DNA of 25,982 nucleotides from IMG/VR virus record IMGVR_UViG_3300032218_000638, positions 1 to 25,982 of that record, one strand, 5' to 3'. Source of the stretch: a virus. Taxonomy: Duplodnaviria; Caudoviricetes. Below, in pieces: positions 1 to 9,348 of the stretch. Positions within the stretch are counted from its first letter, which is position 1; each line of letters starts with the position of its first letter. Below the pieces are notes generated by a model. The model ran no database searches and was not told the origin of the DNA. It saw only the letters and a list, made by a program, of their open reading frames with translations. Made by a program: the position numbers and the translations under genes.

Positions 1-3000
1 GTAGTATCCCCAAAAAATGTAACGGCAGACCGATATCAGTTCCTTGATTTATCTCAAGCAGAACCAAATTTTGGTGTTCCATCGTTTTCGGCTTCTCTAT
101 ATGATAATCCTGCCATTCTTGTATCGGATAGTGATGGTAATAGAGGATTTATTCAATTTGCACCAACATCTAAGCAAATAGCTAGTGGTAGTGCAACCGC
201 ATCAATTTCTCCTGATAAAGGATTGCAAGTAAATGTTGATACTACAATTGCTGGAAATTTATATGTTTCTAAATCAATATATGCTGACCAACTTATTGTT
301 AATGTTGTTTCATCATCTATAATTTATTCATCTGGTTCAAATATATTTGGTAATAAAAATGCCGATATACAACAATTTACTGGGTCTGTAAGAGTACAAA
401 GTGAATTTATTGGAAACAATATAACGGGTTCATCTTTTAGTGGTTCATTTACTGGTTCATTTTTTGGAGATGGTAGTAATTTATTTAATTTACCAAAAGC
501 AACTAAATTAGCAAGTGGTAGTGTTACTGCTTCGGTAAGTCCTGATGAAGGATTTAAAGTAGAATCAGCTAATAGTGGTTCTCAATTTACTGGAAGTATA
601 AATGTAACAGGTTCAATAGTTGTTACGGGTTCTATAAACGCTTTTGAATTTACGGGTTCTGTAAGTTCATCATTTATTCAGGGTGATGGTAGAGGATTAT
701 TTAATATACCTCGTTCAGCATTAACACCTGATGCGCAGGTAGCTAGTAGAATTGCTAGTGGTAGTGTAACGGCATCAGTAGCACCTTTAGATGGATTTAT
801 TGTATTATCTGTAAACAGTGGTTCTCAATTTACTGGTAGTGTATCGATTACAGGAAGTTTAAGAATTGATACTAATTCTGGTTCTTTAATATTAGAATCA
901 TCATCTGTTTATTATGGTGAAGGTACATATCTTAGAAATATACCTCGTTCTGCATTAACACCTGACGCTTTATTATCTACATTAATAACAAGTGGTAGTA
1001 TAACAGCATCAGTTGACCCAAATTATGGATTTAAAGTAATAACAAATAGAACAGGTTCACAATATGGTTCACAATTTACTGGGAGTGTTGATGTAAGTGG
1101 TAGTTTAAAAGCATTTGCATTTATTGGAGATGGTTCTCAATTAACAAATGTACCATCGGTTGTATCACCACAAATAGCTAGTGGTAGTGTAACGGCATCG
1201 GTAGCACCTTCATATGGATTTAAAGTAATATCAAAAGATAGTGGCTCACAATTTACTGGTAGTGTTAATATTAGCGGAAGTGTATTCATAAATCCGTATA
1301 GCGGTTCAATTCAATTAGCATCTGGTTCAACATATTATGGTGAGGGTAATTATTTAAGAAATATACCTCGTTCAGCTTTAACACCTGATGCATTATTATC
1401 TACGTTAATAACAAGTGGTAGTGTAACCGCATCTGTATCACCTAATTTTGGATTTGTTGTAACATCGGTAGCTAGTGGTTCTATTTTTAGTGGTAGTGTT
1501 TATGTACAAAGTGGTTCTTACTTTGTTGGAGATGGCTCTAAATTATCAAATATTACTTTAGCTAATTTAGCAATAGATTCAACAAAAATATTTAGTGGTT
1601 CTGCAACTGCATCAATTTCTCCAAATTTAGGATTAGTTGTAAATGTTGCTGTATCTGCATCTGGATTTAGTGGTAGTGGTGCCGGATTATTTAATATACC
1701 TCGTTCAGCTTTTAGTGGTGACTCATTTAGAATTGCTAGTGGTAGTGTAACGGCATCGGTAGCACCTGATAAAGGATTTATTGTAATATCAGTTGATACG
1801 GGTTCTCAATTTACTGGTAGTATCTATGTAAGTGGTTCATATCTTACGAGCGAAAGTTTTGAAAGAGTATCTGCATTTTTTGAAGGTACAATAAAATTAA
1901 ATACTGGTTCATATTCTGGTAGTGGTGCACAATTATACGATATTCCTATTAAGGCAATTAAAGATATAGACCTTTCTAGAATCGGTAGTGGTAGTGTAAC
2001 GGCATCGGTAACTCCTGATAAAGGATTTAGAGTTAATACATTCTCTACATTTAGTGGTAGTGTAATAATTTCATCATCATATGCATATTACGCATCTGAA
2101 TCAATACAAACTGTTTATAATGTAAATTATAACGCTAATCAATATTTGTTTAGTGGAGCAACAAACGGATATAATTCTACATTAACTTTAGTAAGAGGTA
2201 TAAATTATGAATTTAATGTTGATGCCGTAAATCATAACTTTTGGATTAAAACTGCACAAACAACAGGGCAGGGGGATGGTTGGTCAGATTTTGGTTTAAC
2301 AAATAATGGTACTGAACTTGGTACAATATATTTTACACCAAGAGCAAATACACCAGACACATTATATTATAATAGTGAATTTGATGTATCAGCAACTGGT
2401 ACAATTAAAGTTGTAAATGCTTTAATTCAAAAAGAACCAATTGTAAAAATAATTTCAAATACTCAAATGACGGGTAGTTTGAATGTAAGTGGAAGTATAG
2501 TAGCTACAAATGTTACTGCTTCTTCATTTAGTGGTTCATTTACTGGTTCTTTTTATGGAGATGGTGGTGGGTTGTTTAATTTACCAAAAGCAACTAGATT
2601 AGCAAGTGGTAGTGTTACTGCTTCTGTTGATGCTGAAGAAGGATTTAAAGTTAATTCTCTAATAAGTGGTTCACAATTTACTGGTAGTGTATTTTTCAGT
2701 AGTAGCATTGTTGCACAGCAAATATCTGGTTCTGACATTAGTGGTTCATTTAGAGGAGATGGTAGTGGTTTAACAAATATTACAGCCGATAAAGTAAGCA
2801 GACTTATTTCAGGTTCTGTAACAGCATCTGTTTCTCCTGATACTGGATTTGTTGTTAGAACTGCTGCAACTGGTTCAACTATTGGTTCTCAATTTACTGG
2901 TAGTATTTCTATTAGTGGTAGTTTATTTACTTATGGAAATATAGAATTACAAAGTGGTTCGGCGTTTAGTGGTAGTGGTAGAAATTTATTTGATATCCCT

Positions 3001-6000
3001 ATTTCAGCTATTAACTTAAGTTCACTAATATCAACTGAAATTAAGTCTGGTTCAGTAACGGCATCGGTATCACCACAATATGGATTTAAAGTTCAATCAA
3101 CTCAAAGTGGTTCACAATTTAGTGGTTCTCTTTATGTAAGTGGTGGAATCTTTTTGATGACAGGTTCTTATTCTGGTAGTGGTAGAAATCTATTTGATAT
3201 ACCAGCATCAGCAATTTCAAACTTAGATACATCTAGAATTTTTAGTGGTAGTGTAACCGCATCTACTGACCCTATTGGTGGATTTGTTGTAACGTCTGTT
3301 CAGCAAGGAACTAAAATAAGTGGTAGTGTTTCTATTAGTGGTTCTCGTACTACAATAAATTCACAATTAAATGTAAGTGGTGTATCTACATTCCAAAGTG
3401 GAGTATCTGCATCGGTATTTAGTGGTAGTGGTGCTGGATTGACAAACATTCCATTCTCAGCACTTTCAAATGAATTAAGTAGAATTGCAACTGGTAGTAT
3501 AACTGCATCAGTAACTCCTGATTATGGATTTAGAGTTGAATCTTCTTTATCTGGTTCACAATTAACTGGTTCATTATTTGTAAGTGGAAATATTGAAATA
3601 AAAAGTGGTTCATATTTTAGTGGTAGTGGTGAAAAATTATTTAACATACCACGTTCAGCGTTAAACCAAGATGCTTTAACTTCAACTCAAATTCTTTCGG
3701 GTTCAGTAACCGCATCTGTATCACCTAATTTTGGATTTAAAGTTATATCAGCTGCAAGTGGTTCTCAAATTACTGGTAGTGTTAAAATAACTGGTAGTTT
3801 ATTTATAACTGCAACAAGTGGTGCATTGGTATTGGGTTCTTCATCAGCTTATTATGGTGAAGGTACATATCTTAGAAATATACCTCGTTCAGCATTATCG
3901 CCTGATGCATTACTTTCTACATTTATAGCAAGTGGTTCTGCAACTGCATCAATTTCACCTACGGCTGGATTTGTTGTAAACACATTCTCTACTATTAGTG
4001 GAAGTTTAGTAGTATCATCTTCAGCAGTTGATTTACCAACAGCATCTTTAAATACTGTATTTAATGTTGTAAATGATGGTTCAAACGCATATTGGATTAG
4101 TGGAGCAGCTAGTGGTTCAAACGCAACACTTACATTATATAGAGGTGTAACTTATACATTTAATATAAATGCAAATGGACATCCTTTCTATATAAAAACA
4201 TCTCCTACAACAGGAACATCAAATCAATTTACTGATGGAGTTTCAGGAAATGGTACACAAAATGGAATTTTAACATTTAATGTACCAACTGCATCTCAAT
4301 CTACATTATATTATATTTGCCAATTTCATTCAATGATGATGGGTGAAATTGATATTTTAGACAAATATCAAAAGCCGGCTGAAATAACTTTTATAGGAGA
4401 TACTACTATTAGTGGTAGTTTAAAAATACAATCAACTGTTACTGCTTCTATGTTTAGTGGTAGTGGTAAGGGATTATTTGATATACCAAGAGCAGCAATT
4501 GTAGGTGATGCAGCAAGAATAGCAAGTGGTTCAACAACTGCTTCAATAGCACCTAATACTGGATTAGTGGTTAATACATTTTCAACATTCCAATACCCAG
4601 TATCAGCATCAATGTTTAGTGGTAGTGGTAAAGGATTATTTGATATTCCTAGAAACGCCATAACTGAAGAAGCATTTAGAATTACAACTGGTAGTATAAC
4701 AGCATCAGTTAGTCCTGAATTTGGATTTAGAGTTCAATCAATAGATAGCGGCTCTCAATTTACTGGTAGTGTTTTAATTAGTGGTAGTTTAGATGTAAGT
4801 GCTAGTATATTAACAAGCGGAAGTATTTACTTAAACGCTTATAGTGGGGCATTATATATAGATTCATCATCTGCAATATTTGCGGAAGGTACTTATTTAA
4901 GAAATATACCTCGTTCCGCATTAACGCAAGATGCATTAATATCAACTGAAATTAAATCAGGCTCAATAACAGCTTCTGTGGCTCCTGATTATGGATTTAA
5001 AGTTATAACTGATAGAACTGGTTCTCAAATTGGTTCGCAATTTACGGGTTCAGTTCAAGTAAGTGGTTCGTTATCAGTAACGGATTTCTTAATAGGTGAC
5101 GGTAGATATATTACTAATGTACAAGCGGCAGCAGCTCCATTCATCGCAAGTGGTAGTGCAACTGCATCGGTAGCAAGTGGTGATACATTCATTGTAACAA
5201 CTGGAGCAACTGGTTCTGGATTAAATTATCAAGTTGGTACTCGTATAACTGGTAGTGTTGATTTGAGTGGTAGTTTACAAGCTCAATTCTTTATTGGTGA
5301 TGGTAGATTCATTACAAATGTAGTAGCAACAGCTGCACCATTTATCGCAAGTGGTTCGGCAACGGCATCGGTAGCAAGTGGTGATACATTTGTTGTAACT
5401 ACATCAAAAACAGGTTCGGCAATTGGTTCTAAATTTACTGGTTCGTTAGAAGTTAGTGGTTCAATTAGAGCAACAACTTTCTTATATGGTGATGGTAGAT
5501 TTATTACAAATGTACAAGCGGCAGCAGCTCCGTTAATCGCAAGTGGTTCGGCAACAGCATCTGTACAAAGTGGTAGAATATTTGAAATTATAACTGGAGT
5601 ACAATCTGGTTCAGTAGGTACACAAATTACTGGTTCGGTTGAAATTAGTGGAGCATTATCTTCTTCACTTTATATAGGTGATGGTGGTGGATTATTTAAC
5701 ATCCCTGCATCTGCGTTGAAAGACCTTCAATTAGATAGAATTCAATCTGGTTCGGCTAGAGCAGTTATTGACCCACACTTCTTAGATGTAAACACACCAA
5801 TTACCGCAGCTAAATATTATGGTGATGGTGGTGGATTATTTAACATCCCTGCTAACGCATTGCAAGATTTGAAATTGGACAGAATCCAATCAGGTTCAGC
5901 GCAAGCAATTATATCTCCAAATAGAGGATTGGAAGTTAATAAGCAAACTACTATAACATCCGGCTCTGTAACTATTGCATCTGGTTCATTAATTGTATCG

Positions 6001-9000
6001 GGAGGTATTATAGTAACTGGTAGTGATATTAGATTATTAGGAAGTGGCTCGGCATTCTATGGTGATGGTAGTGGATTATACAATATTAATATTGCTAACT
6101 TAGCATTTGAAACATATGTAATTAAGAGTGGTTCGGTAACGGCATCAATTTCTCCTGATAAAGGATTTGTAGTTAATACATCTTCATTCTTTTGGGGTGA
6201 TATGTATGTTTCTCAAAACACTAGATTGAATAGTGTAACTGCTAGTAGTACAATTAAAGCACAATTATTTACAGGTTCATTCTTAGGAACATATAATTTC
6301 CAAGGAGTAGGACCTACTGCTAGTGCAGAGTATGATATTTTAAGATACAATCCAACTCAAGGATATTTTATACCACAACCTGAAACTTCATTAACTGAGA
6401 CTGTAGGATTTAGTAATGTAAGTGATTTAACAATTGTACATAATTTAAACATATTATATCCAATTGTTCAAATATACGCAACTGGTTCAGAAGACCAGAT
6501 TATGGCAGGTACAATTAAATCGATTGATGAAAATACAATCAATATTAAATTTGCTGGATTAACTTCTGGGCACGCTGTAATTGGTAGTGGTGGTTCATTA
6601 ATAAAAGGTACAATTGATGGTAATAGAGTATTTGGTGAAGTTATTTCTTCATCATATGCTAGACGTGCAACAATAGCTGATGCAGTAACTGGATTTGACC
6701 CGGCATCTTTAACAGCATTATCAGCATCATTAGCAAATGCAAACGCTTATGTAAGAAATGACCAAACTGCTTCAATGAGTGTATTGAGTGCAGTTACGGC
6801 ATCATACGCATTAACGGCATCTTATATTTCAAACTTAAGTGGATTAAACTTAACTGATTATGTAAGAAATAGTGCTACATCATCTATGACAGTGTTGTCA
6901 TCATCATTTGCACAAACTGCATCTTACGCATTATTTGCACAAAATGCATCAAATGTAGATACAACAAACTTCGTTCAAAATTATCAAACGGCTTCAATGT
7001 TGGTTGGTACTGCTTCATTAGCATATACCGCATCATACGCATTGTACGCTTTGAACGCTGAAGGAGTAAATACGGCATCATTCTTACAAGTAAATAAAGA
7101 TAGTAATATAAACGCTAATTTAACTATTAGTGGAAGTTTAGGTGTTAGTGGTAGTATAATAGCTCAAAGTAATGTTTACTTTAACACATTACCATCTTCT
7201 TCATATCAAGAAGTTGTAGTTTGGGATTCTGTAACAAAAAAATTAGGATATAGAAGTATAGCAGCAGCAGTAGGTTCATCTGGAACAGCAGGCACATCTG
7301 GAACATCAGGTCAAACAGGAACTTCAGGAACTTCTGGCACAAGCGGCTCATCAGGAACTACTGGTACAAGCGGCACATCAGGAACTGACGGCACATCAGG
7401 AAGTAGTGGTACAACAGGAACTTCTGGCACATCAGGAAGTAGTGGTAGTAGTGGTACAAGCGGCACATCGGGAAGTAGTGGTACGTCTGGCACAAGCGGC
7501 ACAAGTGGCACATCAGGTTCATCAGGAACTTCTGGCACAAGTGGTACATCGGGTTCATCGGGAACTTCTGGCACAAGCGGTACGAGCGGCACAAGCGGTA
7601 CAAGTGGCACATCCGGAACTACTGGCTCTGACGGTACATCTGGTACATCAGGAACAAGCGGCACATCAGGAACATCGGGCTCATCTGGCACAAGCGGTTC
7701 ATCAGGAACAGCAGGTACATCTGGCACAAGCGGTACGAGCGGCACAAGTGGAAGTGGAGGTACAAGCGGCACATCAGGAACATCAGGTTCGTCTGGCACA
7801 AGCGGTACATCTGGCACAGCTGGTTCTCATGGTACATCGGGAACTTCTGGCACGAGCGGTACAAGCGCTACAAGTGGCACATCAGGAAGTAGTGGTACAA
7901 CTGGTTCAGCAGGTTCTACTGGTTCAGCAGGCACAAGCGGCACATCAGGAACTTCTGGAACAAGCGGCACGAGTGGAACGAGCGGCACATCGGGAACTAG
8001 AGGAACGAGCGGCACATCAGGAACAGGAGGCACGGCAGGTACAAGCGGTACGAGCGGCACATCTGGCACAAGCGGTACGAGCGGCACATCAGGAACTTCT
8101 GGTAGTACAGGTACAACCGGCTCAGCTGGTTCATCTGGTACGGGTGGAAGCGCCGGAACAAGCGGCACAAGTGGAACATCAGGAACTTCAGGTAGCGCAG
8201 GTCAATCTGGTACATCGGGAACTTCTGGTACTAGCGGCACGAGTGGCACAAGTGGTACAAGTGGTAGTAAAGGCTCTGATGGTACATCTGGTACGACAGG
8301 CACATCGGGAACTTCTGGCACAAGCGGCACATCAGGAACTTCTGGTTCGAGTGGGTCTTCAGGAAGTAGTGGAACATCGGGAACATCTGGCACAAGCGGT
8401 AGTAGTGGTACAAGCGGCACATCAGGTTCATCTGGCACATCAGGTACATCAGGAACTTCTGGCACAACAGGCTCATCAGGAACTTCTGGCACATCAGGAA
8501 CTTCTGGCACATCAGGCTCAGCAGGTACAAGCGGCACATCAGGAAGTAGTGGTACAACCGGCTCTCATGGTACAAGTGGCACAAGCGGAACGAGCGGCAC
8601 ATCAGGAACTTCTGGTAGTGATGGAACAAGTGGCTCAAGCGGTACAAGCGGCACATCAGGAACTACGGGCTCTAATGGTACATCTGGTACATCTGGCACA
8701 AGTGGTACAAGCGGAAGTGATGGCACAAGCGGCACATCAGGAACATCTGGAACGAGCGGCACCTCAGGAACTACGGGTTCGGATGGCACATCAGGAACAT
8801 CTGGTACAAATGGCACATCAGGAAGTGATGGAACAAATGGTTCAGCTGGCACATCCGGCACCAGCGGTACAAGCGGCACAAGTGGTACAACAGGCACAAG
8901 TGGCACAAGTGGCACGAGCGGCACATCGGGAAGTAATGGCTCAAGTGGTACGAGCGGCACATCGGGAAGTAATGGCTCAAGTGGTACAAGTGGCACAAGC

Positions 9001-9348
9001 GGAAGTAGTGGTACATCTGGAAAAGATGGTACATATTTTGGAAGTAGTGGCACAACAGGAAGCGCAGGTACAAGCGGTACATCAGCAACGTCTGGTACAA
9101 GCGGCACATCAGGAACTTCTGGAACAAGTGGACAAGATGGTACATATTTTGGTAGTAGTGGTACAACAGGAAGCGCAGGTACATCGGGAACTTCCGGAAG
9201 TGGTGGCACATCAGGAACTTCTGGCACAAGCGGTACAAGTGGTAGTGGTGGCACATCAGGAACTTCTGGCACATCAGGTAAAGATGGTACATATTTTGGA
9301 AGTAGTGGTACTTCGGGCTCAACTGGCTCAGCAGGTTCTACTGGTTAA
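1..9348 (+). CDS. Giant repetitive tail/virion fibre protein 1, 5' segment (start lies upstream of the window)
   Basis: Frame 1 is open from base 1 (VVSPKNVTADRYQFLDLSQAEPNFGVP...), so the TTG at 223 is internal. Contains ~25 IASGSVTASVSPxxGF repeats, two cupredoxin-like inserts, an HNL motif domain, TASYAL repeats, then (GTS)n from 7273. Ends at TAA 9346-9348 in mid-repeat. Confidence 0.85.
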   Translation, partial: VVSPKNVTADRYQFLDLSQAEPNFGVPSFSASLYDNPAILVSDSDGNRGFIQFAPTSKQIASGSATASISPDKGLQVNVDTTIAGNLYVSKSIYADQLIVNVVSSSIIYSSGSNIFGNKNADIQQFTGSVRVQSEFIGNNITGSSFSGSFTGSFFGDGSNLFNLPKATKLASGSVTASVSPDEGFKVESANSGSQFTGSINVTGSIVVTGSINAFEFTGSVSSSFIQGDGRGLFNIPRSALTPDAQVASRIASGSVTASVAPLDGFIVLSVNSGSQFTGSVSITGSLRIDTNSGSLILESSSVYYGEGTYLRNIPRSALTPDALLSTLITSGSITASVDPNYGFKVITNRTGSQYGSQFTGSVDVSGSLKAFAFIGDGSQLTNVPSVVSPQIASGSVTASVAPSYGFKVISKDSGSQFTGSVNISGSVFINPYSGSIQLASGSTYYGEGNYLRNIPRSALTPDALLSTLITSGSVTASVSPNFGFVVTSVASGSIFSGSVYVQSGSYFVGDGSKLSNITLANLAIDSTKIFSGSATASISPNLGLVVNVAVSASGFSGSGAGLFNIPRSAFSGDSFRIASGSVTASVAPDKGFIVISVDTGSQFTGSIYVSGSYLTSESFERVSAFFEGTIKLNTGSYSGSGAQLYDIPIKAIKDIDLSRIGSGSVTASVTPDKGFRVNTFSTFSGSVIISSSYAYYASESIQTVYNVNYNANQYLFSGATNGYNSTLTLVRGINYEFNVDAVNHNFWIKTAQTTGQGDGWSDFGLTNNGTELGTIYFTPRANTPDTLYYNSEFDVSATGTIKVVNALIQKEPIVKIISNTQMTGSLNVSGSIVATNVTASSFSGSFTGSFYGDGGGLFNLPKATRLASGSVTASVDAEEGFKVNSLISGSQFTGSVFFSSSIVAQQISGSDISGSFRGDGSGLTNITADKVSRLISGSVTASVSPDTGFVVRTAATGSTIGSQFTGSISISGSLFTYGNIELQSGSAFSGSGRNLFDIPISAINLSSLISTEIKSGSVTASVSPQYGFKVQSTQSGSQFSGSLYVSGGIFLMTGSYSGSGRNLFDIPASAISNLDTSRIFSGSVTASTDPIGGFVVTSVQQGTKISGSVSISGSRTTINSQLNVSGVSTFQSGVSASVFSGSGAGLTNIPFSALSNELSRIATGSITASVTPDYGFRVESSLSGSQLTGSLFVSGNIEIKSGSYFSGSGEKLFNIPRSALNQDALTSTQILSGSVTASVSPNFGFKVISAASGSQITGSVKITGSLFITATSGALVLGSSSAYYGEGTYLRNIPRSALSPDALLSTFIASGSATASISPTAGFVVNTFSTISGSLVVSSSAVDLPTASLNTVFNVVNDGSNAYWISGAASGSNATLTLYRGVTYTFNINANGHPFYIKTSPTTGTSNQFTDGVSGNGTQNGILTFNVPTASQSTLYYICQFHSMMMGEIDILDKYQKPAEITFIGDTTISGSLKIQSTVTASMFSGSGKGLFDIPRAAIVGDAARIASGSTTASIAPNTGLVVNTFSTFQYPVSASMFSGSGKGLFDIPRNAITEEAFRITTGSITASVSPEFGFRVQSIDSGSQFTGSVLISGSLDVSASILTSGSIYLNAYSGALYIDSSSAIFAEGTYLRNIPRSALTQDALISTEIKSGSITASVAPDYGFKVITDRTGSQIGSQFTGSVQVSGSLSVTDFLIGDGRYITNVQAAAAPFIASGSATASVASGDTFIVTTGATGSGLNYQVGTRITGSVDLSGSLQAQFFIGDGRFITNVVATAAPFIASGSATASVASGDTFVVTTSKTGSAIGSKFTGSLEVSGSIRATTFLYGDGRFITNVQAAAAPLIASGSATASVQSGRIFEIITGVQSGSVGTQITGSVEISGALSSSLYIGDGGGLFNIPASALKDLQLDRIQSGSARAVIDPHFLDVNTPITAAKYYGDGGGLFNIPANALQDLKLDRIQSGSAQAIISPNRGLEVNKQTTITSGSVTIASGSLIVSGGIIVTGSDIRLLGSGSAFYGDGSGLYNINIANLAFETYVIKSGSVTASISPDKGFVVNTSSFFWGDMYVSQNTRLNSVTASSTIKAQLFTGSFLGTYNFQGVGPTASAEYDILRYNPTQGYFIPQPETSLTETVGFSNVSDLTIVHNLNILYPIVQIYATGSEDQIMAGTIKSIDENTINIKFAGLTSGHAVIGSGGSLIKGTIDGNRVFGEVISSSYARRATIADAVTGFDPASLTALSASLANANAYVRNDQTASMSVLSAVTASYALTASYISNLSGLNLTDYVRNSATSSMTVLSSSFAQTASYALFAQNASNVDTTNFVQNYQTASMLVGTASLAYTASYALYALNAEGVNTASFLQVNKDSNINANLTISGSLGVSGSIIAQSNVYFNTLPSSSYQEVVVWDSVTKKLGYRSIAAAVGSSGTAGTSGTSGQTGTSGTSGTSGSSGTTGTSGTSGTDGTSGSSGTTGTSGTSGSSGSSGTSGTSGSSGTSGTSGTSGTSGSSGTSGTSGTSGSSGTSGTSGTSGTSGTSGTSGTTGSDGTSGTSGTSGTSGTSGSSGTSGSSGTAGTSGTSGTSGTSGSGGTSGTSGTSGSSGTSGTSGTAGSHGTSGTSGTSGTSATSGTSGSSGTTGSAGSTGSAGTSGTSGTSGTSGTSGTSGTSGTRGTSGTSGTGGTAGTSGTSGTSGTSGTSGTSGTSGSTGTTGSAGSSGTGGSAGTSGTSGTSGTSGSAGQSGTSGTSGTSGTSGTSGTSGSKGSDGTSGTTGTSGTSGTSGTSGTSGSSGSSGSSGTSGTSGTSGSSGTSGTSGSSGTSGTSGTSGTTGSSGTSGTSGTSGTSGSAGTSGTSGSSGTTGSHGTSGTSGTSGTSGTSGSDGTSGSSGTSGTSGTTGSNGTSGTSGTSGTSGSDGTSGTSGTSGTSGTSGTTGSDGTSGTSGTNGTSGSDGTNGSAGTSGTSGTSGTSGTTGTSGTSGTSGTSGSNGSSGTSGTSGSNGSSGTSGTSGSSGTSGKDGTYFGSSGTTGSAGTSGTSATSGTSGTSGTSGTSGQDGTYFGSSGTTGSAGTSGTSGSGGTSGTSGTSGTSGSGGTSGTSGTSGKDGTYFGSSGTSGSTGSAGSTG
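178..6180 (+). repeat. ~25 imperfect coding repeats (xIxSGSVTASVSPxxGFxV...SQFTGSV...GxGxxLxNIP)
   Basis: Counted by eye in the translation. Some copies are near-identical at DNA level (909-950 = 3849-3890; 5677-5708 = 5821-5852). Confidence 0.85.

Noticed and set aside
430-5852. DGR template/variable repeats or shufflon
   Set aside because: Repeat pairs are both coding and direct, mismatches are not adenine-specific, and no reverse transcriptase or invertase is in the window.
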